Shown: piece after piece, positions 28,757 through 40,710 of the stretch
How positions within the stretch are numbered: position 1 is the stretch's first letter
Layout of the letters: each line of letters starts with the position of its first letter
Notes under the pieces: generated by a model
What the model was told of the DNA's origin: nothing
What the model saw: only the letters and a program-made list of their open reading frames with translations
The model's database searches: none
Translations under genes and position numbers: made by a program
From: Eledone cirrhosa
Lineage: Eukaryota
Reading direction: 5' to 3'
Assembly: GCA_964016885.1 (NCBI GenBank)
Contig: OZ024740.1
Span: 120,838,001 to 120,902,000, forward strand
DNA length: 64,000 bases

Positions 28757-29172
28757 GGTCAAGGATCTTGAGTAATGACCGAGAGTATACAAGCGTGAAT
28801 ACAAGCTGTCAAAATGGGATTCCTTCGAAGGGTCTTCGGAGTAACTTTACTCGATAGAGTGCGCAACTCAGAGTTCAGAGATCTGCTCCAGATGGACTCG
28901 TAACTTCTCCGGATTGAGAACACACAGCTCCGATATTTCGGACATGTGTTTAGAATGTACCAGGAAAGAATCGCTGGACAGATTTGGAGCAAAACCAGCT
29001 GGCAGACTCAGCGGTAGACTACAATCAAAATGTGTAAAACATCCATGAACTCGATTGGTCACACTTAAGGATTAATTGGATATGGTTTCTTCTGACAGAA
29101 CCGCTGGATGGTGTGTTGAGAACTCTTTCCTCATAACCCTCCAAGTAATAAGTGGGCGAAGAAGAAGAAGAA
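28757..29172 (+). mobile_element. RTE-clade LINE 3' end with (GAA)n tail
   Basis: IQAVKMGFLRRVFGVTLLDRVRNSEFR...QLRYFGHVFRM; ends in gaagaagaagaa. Confidence 0.85.
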
Positions 29173-29314
29173 ATAGAAGAATATATATGTGTGTGTGTGC
29201 GTGAGTGTGTGCATATGTGTGTGCGTGGGTGTGTTAGTGTGTAAGGATAGACAAAATTATGTATAAACAATTTTATATATGTATTACTATTAACATTTAA
29301 GATTGTAAATATAA

Positions 29315-29500
29315 TTTTTTACTTTTGGCACAAGGCCAGCAAATACCCAGTGTATTACTGGTACTTTATTTTATCGACCCCGCAAGGATGAAAGGCAAAG
29401 TTAACCTTGGCGAGATTTGAACTCAGAATGGCAAGGGCCGTAACTCCATGCGTCAAAGCATGGCGTCCGACCCTCTACCGATACTGCCAATCCACCTCCC
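29315..29500 (+). mobile_element. SINE, same family as 19745
   Basis: Near-identical tail ttttatcgacccc.caaggatgaaaggcaaagttaacct. Further copies at about 47455-47545, 48090-48240, 52200-52440, 60190-60320 and 63485-63630, and on the minus strand at about 47070-47200. Confidence 0.8.
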
Positions 29501-29631
29501 CTTTTGTAAATATAATGACACTTGTAAACACTTGTTTGTAATCTGAAAAGAAACAAAGCAGAGAGAATGGAACCAAGTGTCAATTACATATGTAAATCTG
29601 CAACTTGCTAGGATGATCATAACTGACACAC

Positions 29632-29661
29632 CTTTTTTGCTCAACAAAAACTGACACTACG

Positions 29662-29700
<39 letters not shown>

Positions 29701-29761
29701 GCTGCTACTACTACTACCCCTACTGCTACTACTACCACTACTTCTACTACTACTACTATTG

Positions 29762-29802
<41 letters not shown>

Positions 29803-29932
29803 GCACCCACTCATCCACTACGCCTCTTCCTCCTCCTCCCCGCCTACTGCCTCCCCTCCTCCCATCCAAACCCCTCCTATTCCTCCTCATCCCACTCCCA
29901 TTCCCTCGTACCCCCTCCTCCTCCTCATCATC

Positions 29933-29986
<54 letters not shown>

Positions 29987-29987
29987 T
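29632..29987 (+). repeat. Dispersed repeat carrying (TAC)n tracts; second copy at 34081-34330
   Basis: Shared flanks tttttgctcaacaaaaact.acact and acccactcatccactacgc..cttcctcctc around the (TAC)n. Confidence 0.8.
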
Positions 29988-31033
29988 ATAATATGCATGA
30001 ACACGCTCACATTATATGTCTCATGTATTGGTTGGTAGTTGTCTATCTTTTCTTTTCCCACAGAAGTCTCTTCAAGTGTGTTAAATAGATAGAAATTCAT
30101 TAATGTATACATATGTAAACTGTATTTACACAAACGACATTTCGATACAGATTCGTCTGAATTGCAGCTAAACCAACTCTCTAATAAGAACAGCTCTGTA
30201 TTGTACAGGATTATTATTACATCAACAGCGTCGAACAATATCCGCCAACATTATCCAACCACCCAACCAGCCACCCAACCAACCCTCGTTGTTGTTACTA
30301 ATCATCATTCTGGATATATTGGATATACTGGATATAAAGGACAGATCCAAGGGGAAGGAAGCATGTAGTAAAACAAACAATAGAGATAAAAATAAAAATA
30401 AAGAAAAACGAAACAGAAAAAAATCAGCATTAGAACACAAAAACAACAAAACATCCCAGAAAGTATTATCCAACAATATTATTAAAGCCTTTTGAACTTA
30501 GCAATAACTAATCCTTCTTAATTCTTTTCTAGACAATATGTCCACTGTAGTTTCATCCTTTTTGATTTGTTTTTTCTGAATTGCTCACATACATCTGTTT
30601 CGCTAGACTCTGTGGCCCGATCAACTTCATAATACTTTATAATTTCTACTTGCTTTAGATGCTGCGTGCATTATTAACGTCTAAATATCACCTCTCTCTC
30701 TACTCCTTCATTCTTCTTCCCCTCTCTCTCCACATTCCTTCATTCTAGCTCTCTCTTTACACTCTCCTATTTCTCTCTATTCACTCCTTCATTCTGTCTC
30801 TCTTTCTATCTCATCCTCCTGCTCTCTTATTCTCCCTATACCCTCTCATCTTCCCGCTGTCTCACCTTACCCGATCATTCCTTCCATCTATTTATTCTTT
30901 ATTCTCACAGTCTCTCCCAACTCCATCGTTCTCCTTAGTTTATTCTCACACTCTCTTGGGATAAAACATCATTTGCAGTGGATATTCCTTCAATGGCCAT
31001 TGTTAATATAGTGGAATTTTCTTCAGAGGATTA

Positions 31034-31500
<467 letters not shown>

Positions 31501-32059
31501 CAGCTCACCATAAACAATTACAGAGGGGTAGATTACTGCAGAAGCATCCCTCCATTATATATATATATATTTTTGCATTCTTGCAATAACATACACAACT
31601 GAATTCATTCGCCTGATATAGGTGTTGCCTCCCTTGCCGATCGCCACGTGGAGTCAGTAATAGTCAGTCCTTGTATTAACATTGGACTAAAACCTGTTGA
31701 GAAAGTGGATTCCTTGTTCAATCATCTTACCAGAAGCCTAACATTATTTATGTAAGCGGACAGTATTTGATTTAGGAGCCGCAGAAACCCAAATGCTGGA
31801 GTTTACCAACCTTCCCGGGGTCCGGGTAAATTTTCACTCACAGATATTTTTTATTTGTTGACCCGAATTACTTGATCGTTTTTTTTGGCTATGCGAATGA
31901 TTGTTTAATCATCGTCTCAGTGTGTTTGGCCTTTAACGTTTATTAAAGCTCTGGTTTATCTGAATCATTGAGCACTTGCCACACATCTCGGAGGTTGTTT
32001 TTCGTTATTTCGTGGGCCGAAAGGCGATTCTCGATAATTTATATATATATATATATAGT

Positions 32060-34045
32060 AATAATAATAAATATCAAGACTAAAATCCAAAGAGGGCTCG
32101 ATAAGGATAAGTATATATCAAATATATAAGAACCGTAGAGCAAATATTTATTAAAATAACAGATTAAAGTTTAAACAAAGAATCGCTGCTTTCACCCTTA
32201 ACGGGATCTTCTGAAACTAACAAAGACAATCTGTAAACGCAGAAGTGGATATTTCAAAAAACGTTGCAACCGGAGGAAGACAGGAAGACGATACTTTGGT
32301 TCGTGGTGACGTTCGCTGGCAAAGAAGGGGAAAAACGAATAAGATACGTCATTAATAGGAGCGGTGAAAAACAATTACGCGCAAAGACAGTACCACGTTT
32401 ATGGTATAAAAGTGGTCGTAGACTAATGTTCTCTTAGGTGGTTCATAGAGTCGTTCTCTGGCAATGAACGAAAAAAAACGAAGATAATACGTCATATGTG
32501 GAGCGTTGAGAACAATAGCACGCCAAGACAAAACCACGTAAATGGTATAGCAGAAGTCGTAGACTAAAATTCTAACTAGGAGACCGAATGAATCTCCGCT
32601 ACAGAGTTAAGAACAAAGTAAATAAATACAATACAGAAGTAATAGAAATAAATAAATACATACCCGCAAACAAATACGTACATACACAAGCATACGCAAA
32701 ACACTTACCATAGGTATACAAAACCACGCACATATAAATATGTGTGTGTGTGTGTATGCGTGTATACAAATAAATAAATAATTAAATAAACGTATATAAA
32801 TAAATAAATACGTATAAAACAAGCGCACACACATACCTACATGTAAATACACGAATGTTCGGAGACGTAAGTCAACCAAAACATGAAATACACATATACA
32901 CACACCCTACATACGTACGAACCTGCATACTCACACAGACGCAAAACTCCAGTATACACATAGCCAAACCATATGTACCAGAATAATAAAAAAAAAAATT
33001 ATACGCCAAACATAAACAATCAAATATACGTACGAGAAGGTATACGTACCTTCACGAAACATACGGGTAATATATACTTACCTATGCAAATAAGTAATGG
33101 TATAAACAAAATATTTACTTAGCTCCCACATCAAGACGTAAAATATCCACGTATAGATCGTACTATCCGTTAGGGTATAACGTGGGGCTGTAATACAGGA
33201 AAGTTTGGTGCAATTTATGTTACAAGCCGAAATTGCCTCAGATGCTTTGTTTAAGATGTGATCCGTGGCGTATTGTATTTCCAGGGCCTCAGCGGCGCAG
33301 AGGTCACATGGTCTTTTATTTCCGTTATACGATCTAGCCCTAGCTAGGATCTCCCAGTGTAACTTATATTGGGTGTGGTTGTCTTTTAGACTCCAGATAT
33401 AAGCTGAAAGTGACGTCATATTCCTTCTTAGAGGGTAACGAAAAGAATGGGTATGTATGTAAAGACGCTGCTTGAAACTATTGGCGGTTAACCCTATGTA
33501 GGCCCTACGGGACGTGGGTGTTACAACCTTACATTTGTAGACAATGTTACTAGAGAGGCATTTCTCGGATAGGGGGCAATCAGCCCGATTCCTACAATTA
33601 CAGTTAGTACTAACTACAGGGTTGCACGTGTTCCTACGGCTAGGTAGGATAGCTAAATTTGAAGCTGTGATGTTATGTGCAAGGTTAGGAGTCGTAGAGT
33701 AAGAAATTTTAATAGTATTTCTATTAAAAATTTTACTATATTTATGTGTAGGGGGAAAATGCTTCGTAATAAGGGAAAGAAAGTTCTTAGCTAAAGGTGT
33801 GGCCACCTCCATATTATATGGTGGGTTATACCAACAAATGCGACGGGATCTATTTCTTCTAGGTCTATTTTCGTACTCTGTATAATCTACCTTATCGACA
33901 AATCCACTTCGAACAAGAGCTTCATTGTAATAAATGGAATGGTCGTTGAAAATACGCTCGTTGGTGGAAAGACGGGAAAGCCTCAACGAAACGTTTCTTA
34001 CCAGGTTCTTGGTTATGCTGGCAGGATGGTTATTATTCAAAATGT
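32060..34045 (-). mobile_element. 5'-truncated Naiad-type PLE (ORF 33078-34040) with 3' UTR
   Basis: HPASITKNL, YYNEAL, WYNPPY, IFNRNTIKISYSTTPN, CNCRNRADCPLSEKC, YIGLTANSFKQR, CDLC. The terminal about 130 bp recurs at 20445-20560 and 49425-49530. Confidence 0.9.
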
Positions 34046-34127
34046 TAATAAATGAAAAATATTCGCATTGTCAAAATACCCTTTTTGCTCAACAAAAACT
34101 TACACTGCTACTACTCCTACTACTACC

Positions 34128-34210
<83 letters not shown>

Positions 34211-34334
34211 TGCTGCTGCTGTTGCTACTACTACTACTACTACTACTACACCCACTCATCCACTACGCTTCTTCCTCCTCACTCCCCTCCCCTTCTCACC
34301 TCCTACTCCCCTCCTCTCATCAAACCCCCTCCCC

Positions 34335-35880
34335 CGCCTGTTCGCCCTTGGTATTGACCACATCGCCCGGAGTATCACGGCCCCTCTCAACGTTTGGTAT
34401 CTGGATGATGCTACGTTAGGCGAGCCCGTACGGACCGTCTGCCATGACCTTCAATCAGTGGCTCCTGCCCTGGCGGGAATCGGCCTCCAGATCAACTCGG
34501 CCAAGTCGGAGGTGGTGAACGTCAGCCTTGATGCAGCGAGCTTTGCAGCCTCCGTCTTGGACGTGTGGGGAATTCTCCGCCAGGTTCAGGTGACCCCCAA
34601 AGAGGATGTCCTCATCCTCGGGTCACCGATCCACCCACCATCAAGTCCAAGCTTCAACAGCTCCAGACTCTCATGAGCCGACTGGGCTTGATTGACGGCC
34701 ACCCAGCTCTCTTTCTGCTGAGGAACTGCTTCGCCATGCCGCAGCTCCTCTATAGACTCCGCAGCACTCCATGCTACACCCAGACATCTCTCCACGCTCA
34801 CCTCGATACTTGTATCCGAGCAGCAGCGGAGGGGATATGCAACGTCAAGTTTGACGACATAAGGTGGCAACAGGCCACTTTACGTGTCAGGTATGGCGAC
34901 CTTGGCCTCCGGTCCCCGATCTCAGCTTTGCCGGCGTATCTTTCGTCGGTAACCTCCTGCCGCATCATCGTCAGCAGGGTTCTTCAAAACACAACAGAAC
35001 CCTCTCTGTTCAGAGAACGTGAGGCTTCCTGTGAGACGTGAGACCGGCTGGGACTTAGCCCGCTAGACGTCCCTCCTCCTTCGTTGACGTCAAGTCCCCC
35101 CGACGCACCTGGGATGCCATCCAGTGCATCCTGGCCTCAGACAGGCTCACGCGCCAGCTCGACCAGCACCGCCTTACTTGCATTCGTGCGGCCTCTAAAC
35201 CCCACAGTGGTGCCTGGCTCCATGCCCTGCCCTCCTTCTCCACTGGCACGTAGCTACAAAACCATAGCCTGCGAATCGGCGTTTCGCTGAGGCTCGGCCT
35301 CCGGATCTGCCAGCCACACCAATGTCGCTGCGGTTCTCCCGTGGACTCTTTCGGCCTCCACCCGCTTTCCTGTCGCCACAGTGCCGGCCGCATTCCACAC
35401 CATGCTGCCTTCATTAAGCATGGCTTGGACGCATGGCTTCCCTTCCCAGCTCGAGCCGGTGGGGCAAGATCGAGGGGACGGCAAAAGGCCAGATGGCATG
35501 ACCATCTTCCCGTTCCACAGTGGCAAAACCCTCGTCTGGGATGCCACTTGCACTGACACTTTCTGCAGTCGCAACCTGGTGCAGTCTGTGACTGTCCCAG
35601 GTTCTGCTGCACGTCGGGCTGAGGGGGCCAAACTCCTCAAATACCGTCGTTCTCCGACAGGTTTGCGGTCGTACCCCTAGCAGTGGAGACGTCTGGTGTC
35701 CTCAGCCCCAGGGCTACCTCCATACTCACCACCATAGGTGCTGAGCTGGCCAGCCGCAGGTGTAAGCCCCGCGAGTTGGAGTGGCTTTTCCAGCGCGTCT
35801 CCCTTACCGCTCTCCGGGGAAACGCCTTCTCTATTCTGTCCGCCGAGGCTGTGGGTGGGCCCCATCACGTTCCGTTGTAG
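34335..35880 (+). mobile_element. CRE-like (R2-group, REL endonuclease) non-LTR retrotransposon, 5'-truncated and frameshifted
   Basis: LNVWYLDDATLG, GLQINSAKSE, ILGSPI, WQQATL..RYGDLGL, HSGAWLHALP, CRCG...HPLSC zinc knuckle, [26 protein letters not shown] (PD-D nuclease), VPLAVETSG. Confidence 0.88.
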
Positions 35881-35899
35881 TTGTTGTATACAGATATTA

Positions 35900-36140
35900 A
35901 CTCATCAATCCCATTGTCCTTTCTATCAAAATATATACTTTATTATATATATTTCAAAGGTACTGTGCTGATTTTTCAGTACATCCCCATCAGACAACAT
36001 ATATTATTTGATATATGACGTACCGCTACGGTCTTGATTATTCAATTTCCGTATTGGCAGTACTGCAAATCCCCATATTGCCAATACGGGAATTGAATAA
36101 TCAAGACCGTAGAGGTATGTCATATATCAAATCATATATT
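35900..36140 (-). mobile_element. PLE pLTR fragment with HHR (35940-35997) and fold-back (about 36000-36062 / 36076-36140)
   Basis: Minus strand: ttgt CTGATGG ggatgtactg...cagtaccttt GAAA tatatata ataa. Inverted arms surround the loop ctgcaaatcccca. Same family as 39640-39870. Confidence 0.75.
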
Positions 36141-37891
36141 AAGAGGGATTCCTTTTAATTCATCCTCTGAGACATGTGACCTCTGCGCGGAGGAGATATT
36201 CTTTATACTAAAATCTAAAAATTCCCTTAATTTACGGACAAATTTATTCAGTTGCTGCAGACATAGATTGAACTCAACTTTTAAATATAAATATAAATTT
36301 AAAATGTAATATATTTAATTTGATTTATAATTATTTATGAATCTCGCCGATAAATCTTTCGATTCCTTTTTATTTTTTAAACACTCTTCATGAATAATTA
36401 AACTACCCTAAAAGCTGATGCTCCAAATATATCGAATAAATTTTACACTAGATAAACTTCTATATTAAATATAAGACCATCTCTAGATCAAATGGGTATC
36501 CTAAACTTTTGGAATGTTTTCTGCTAGACAGGATTTGGTAAATAATTTTGGTTTTGTTTGCTTTTGATTCTGATGCTTATAACGAACTTGGCAATATATT
36601 GTCAATTAACTTTGAAGGGTTGATCTCTGTGGTTGATTTGCGGGGCATACTATGTTTCATTTTTATTTTAATATTTTTAATATTTTTAATATTTTTATTT
36701 TTATTTTTAATATTTTTTTTACTTTTATTTATTTATTTTTTGATTTTTGTTTTTTATTTACTTTTTGTTTCTGATATTTTTATTTTTATTAACATATTGA
36801 TATCTGTTCTCTATTTATGCTTGAACGATAATCATGTAGATTAAAGACATGAATAGTATTGTTAAAATTAATGTAGACTCTATATATATTTGTGTGTATG
36901 TACACATATATGTATACTAGAATTTTTATAGCACAATGAGAATGTTTTCGTGTGAAATAGGAATTTGCAGAGCTGATCACGTAAATTCACATGATGTATA
37001 TAGTATAAATCTGGGATAACCTTCTAATATAAACCTATGAATTTTAAACTAGACATATGATCATTATTTTTCACACTTTATTGATACGTGTCTCATTCAT
37101 GAATACTGATATTTACATTATAATGCCTGTTTTATACGAATTGATATTTTTTACATTGATGATACATAGTGTTTTAAATCTGCCTCGTTTTTGTCTGGAT
37201 ATTTTTCTTTTTCTTTTCTCTCTATGTAACGGCTGTTTTCTCTCTTAACCACATATATCTCTCTCTCTACATTGATACTAGAGCTAAATAAATAAATAAA
37301 TAAATAAATATATCATTGATACGTCATTCAACTGGTGCACAACTACCTATTTTCTTTCTCTCTATCTCTATCTTATTCTATCTCTCTATATTTTCTCTCT
37401 CTCTCTCTCTCCTCTCTTCTCTCTCTCTCTCTCTATCTATCTCCCTCTGTGTTTTTTCCTCTCTCTATATATCTCTCTCTGTTTCTTTACATGAATTTCT
37501 TCTCTCTATCTATCTCTCTATATCTATCTCTCTCTATTTAGTTGCAAGCATTTCTTCTTTTTCTCCGTTTTTTCTTTTTTCTTTCTTTCTTTTTATAACT
37601 GTCCCTAATATTTTTTCCACTACCAATTCAACTTTTCAAATTGAAGTCGATGTTGAAAGGTATGTCGAATCTATCTATTTATAAGACTGTTTATATTGTA
37701 TTTTGTCTGAGGAAGGCATAGCATATTTTTAATATGATATCCCTGAAATATATATAATGAAATAGATATGGTTTTATAAATATAGTTTCCATTTATTTAA
37801 TATCGTAAATATACTCCAAATACTTGTTGAGTGCTTTTATATCAGTTATAAATATTTACTCGTTGTTAACCCAACAATTTAAATAAAACTT

Positions 37892-37893
<2 letters not shown>
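36141..37893 (+). mobile_element. Second, more 5'-truncated copy of the 3294-5722 PLE family; HHR at 37693-37769
   Basis: Colinear and highly similar to 3981-5722. CTGAGGA at 37707-37713, GAAA-TATATATA at about 37745. Confidence 0.93.
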
Positions 37894-37943
<50 letters not shown>

Positions 37944-38203
37944 AACAAGTAAGACCCCGACGGCTGAGCTCAAGCCGTTTCGACGTCGTGGTCTTACTTG
38001 TTCCTATTACCCACTCTACTACCCTAAGTATCGACTACTTTGGTGCGTATGGTCCACCTGGTTCCTTACCACATTTACTTGGTTATATATATATATATAC
38101 ATGTGTGTGTTGGTTTGTATATATGTAAATATGTATATATATATATATATATGTATATATATAAATAAATATACACGGGTGTGTATGATTGTGTATAGAA
38201 GAT

Positions 38204-38591
38204 TATATTAATAAAAGGAATTCAAACTTTGTCTGATTAACTCGTTTTATTTACAATCCTTTAACATTTATAATGGTATTAGAATGAAATAGTATGGTAG
38301 AATATCAAATGTTAAGTGTTAATTGAACAAGTACTTTCATGCTTTCGCAATTTCAGGTTCATATTCTGTGGTGACAGTCAAGTTTGCAATTTTCAACTGT
38401 GAAAATTGCAAGCTTGACTGCCACCACAGAATATGAACCTGAAATTGCGAAAGCATGAAAGTACTTGTTCAATTAACACTTAACATTTAATATTCTACTA
38501 TACTATTTCATTCTAATACCATTATAAATGTTAAAGGATTGTAAATAAAACGAGTAAATCAGACAAAGTTTGAATTCCTTTTATTAATATA
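38204..38591. repeat. Near-perfect palindrome (about 190 bp arms, 4-nt loop)
   Basis: ...gcaattttca actg tgaaaattgc...; the arms extend out to attaataaaaggaattcaaactttgtctg and its reverse complement. Confidence 0.95.
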
Positions 38592-38878
38592 TATATGTAT
38601 ATATGTATATATGTGCAAATGTGGGCACAAACAAAGAGAGATGGACTCGTTATGTGGTATATATATTTTAATAATATCAGATTGACGTATTTAAACCTTA
38701 TCAGTTGTTTCATAGTAGTGAAGTGGTCTATCATTTTCAGATGCACATTTAAAACCTTTGAATCATCTATATATGTTAATAAACATATGTCCAAATTTTA
38801 ATAAAAATACACACGCATTCACAAACATACGCACACACACTCACACACACACATTCACTCACACACACACACGTACAT

Positions 38879-38916
<38 letters not shown>

Positions 38917-39557
38917 ATTTACATTTATTTTGTATAATGCGATAAATAATAGTTGAGAAAATTGGATAAAGTAGCCACTGGAGACAGGGAAAACTACTTC
39001 ATTGAACTGCATAGATTTACAACGGTGCTTGTAAATCTATGCAGTTCAACTGAGACATTTCATGACAGATTTACTATTACTCCCTAGCAGAAAATGACCT
39101 GTCGATGCTATATGTGGCTACGCGTTTTTTACATATATTTTTTTTTTTATAGAAGAAATGGATAGATGTTTGCAGTTTCTTTCTTTTTAAATTTTAATAA
39201 ATTGTCTTGAGAGTTGTTGGGTGATATTTATTTTCCATCTAACCTTTTCCTTATAAAACTGCCTGAAACAGCCGCAGGTTCTCTTATACAAAACTGTTTG
39301 TGATTATATTTACCTAAAACCGACCCATCAGAGTTTCATTTAAGAAAGATTATTTGTGGTAAATTGGATGATGCATACGCCTTCTGATGAGGATTCAATT
39401 AGTTTAGAAAATCGATTGGAGGTGTTTATCATTATTTCAGTTTACAGAGAAATTCGTATTTTCTGGCATGTTTACATGTCTACGTACGACGAAAGTGTAT
39501 ACATATTATAAACATTGGAGTAGTCTCGGTTAGTCAACTCTCTCTATACAAGATATA

Positions 39558-39630
<73 letters not shown>

Positions 39631-39664
39631 TTGACAGTTGAGGTATGTCATACATCAATTCATG

Positions 39665-39727
39665 TATTATATCTGACGAGGACGTACTGAAAATACAGCA
39701 CAGTACCTTCGAAATATATATATAATA
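39665..39727 (+). ncRNA. Hammerhead ribozyme with intact core, in a PLE 3' end (39640-39870)
   Basis: CTGACGA 39673-39679. Helix II ggacgtactg/cagtaccttc. GAAA 39711-39714, then TATATA. Helix I tattata/tataata. Confidence 0.72.
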
Positions 39728-39869
39728 AAACATATATTTTTATTATGTGAATGTCTTCATTTATTATTATTTTGAATAATAATAACTCCAGAAAACTCAT
39801 TGTAGAGTGCTTTTAATTTATTGTAAAACTATATTCATTGAGTAATCAATGAACCACATTAATCCTTGG

Positions 39870-39910
<41 letters not shown>

Positions 39911-39921
39911 CACATATATGT

Positions 39922-39956
<35 letters not shown>

Positions 39957-39960
<4 letters not shown>

Positions 39961-40490
39961 GTTATACTTTGGGAGGGTCATGTTGCCAATAAGAAACACA
40001 CGCACCAGTTGCTTTCACTTCAATTTATTATATATTTATAAATTTACAAATTTACAAATTTATAAATTTCTGGTTGGTTGGTTGGTTCCACAACCAGATA
40101 GTTGTTTATATATAGTCATAGTCCTTTCGTCACACACTCTGTGACCTCTTCAGTGACTGGGGATTCCTTTCTTTGTTTCTGTGCCTCTCCTTTGTTCTGT
40201 CCTACGCCACTTTGTTTCTGATACACAGAAACAAAATGGCGTAGGACAGAACAAAGGAGAGGCACAGAAACAAAGAAAGGAATCCCCAGTCACTGAAGAG
40301 GTCACAGAGTGTGTGACGAAAGGACTATGACTATATATAAACAACTATCTGGTTGTGGAACCAACCAACCAACCAGAAATTTATAAATTTGTAAATTTGT
40401 AAATTTATAAATATATAATAAATTGAAGTGAAAGCAACTGGTGCGTGTGTTTCTTATTGGCAACATGACCCTCCCAAAGTATAACAATAT
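39957..40490. repeat. Near-perfect palindrome (about 265 bp arms) of a PLE 3' UTR; each arm has an HHR (minus strand 40114-40158, plus strand 40288-40332)
   Basis: Centre tgtttctg-ataca-cagaaaca. HHR reads agtca CTGAAGA g gtcaca-gagtg-tgtgac GAAA ggac TA tgact. Confidence 0.93.
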
Positions 40491-40546
40491 CGGTTTCAAC
40501 ACACGATTTCATATAAAGAATCTTGCCAAACAAATTCAGAAACGAA

Positions 40547-40577
<31 letters not shown>

Positions 40578-40710
40578 TAGCGAAGCAAACAGTTATTAAA
40601 CAATTTTCTAAGTAAATTAAAAAATGATTAAATAATCACCTTTTCAGACGCTGTTACCGACGCTTTCATCATTCCGAAAGATTGATATATATATATATAT
40701 ATATATATAT

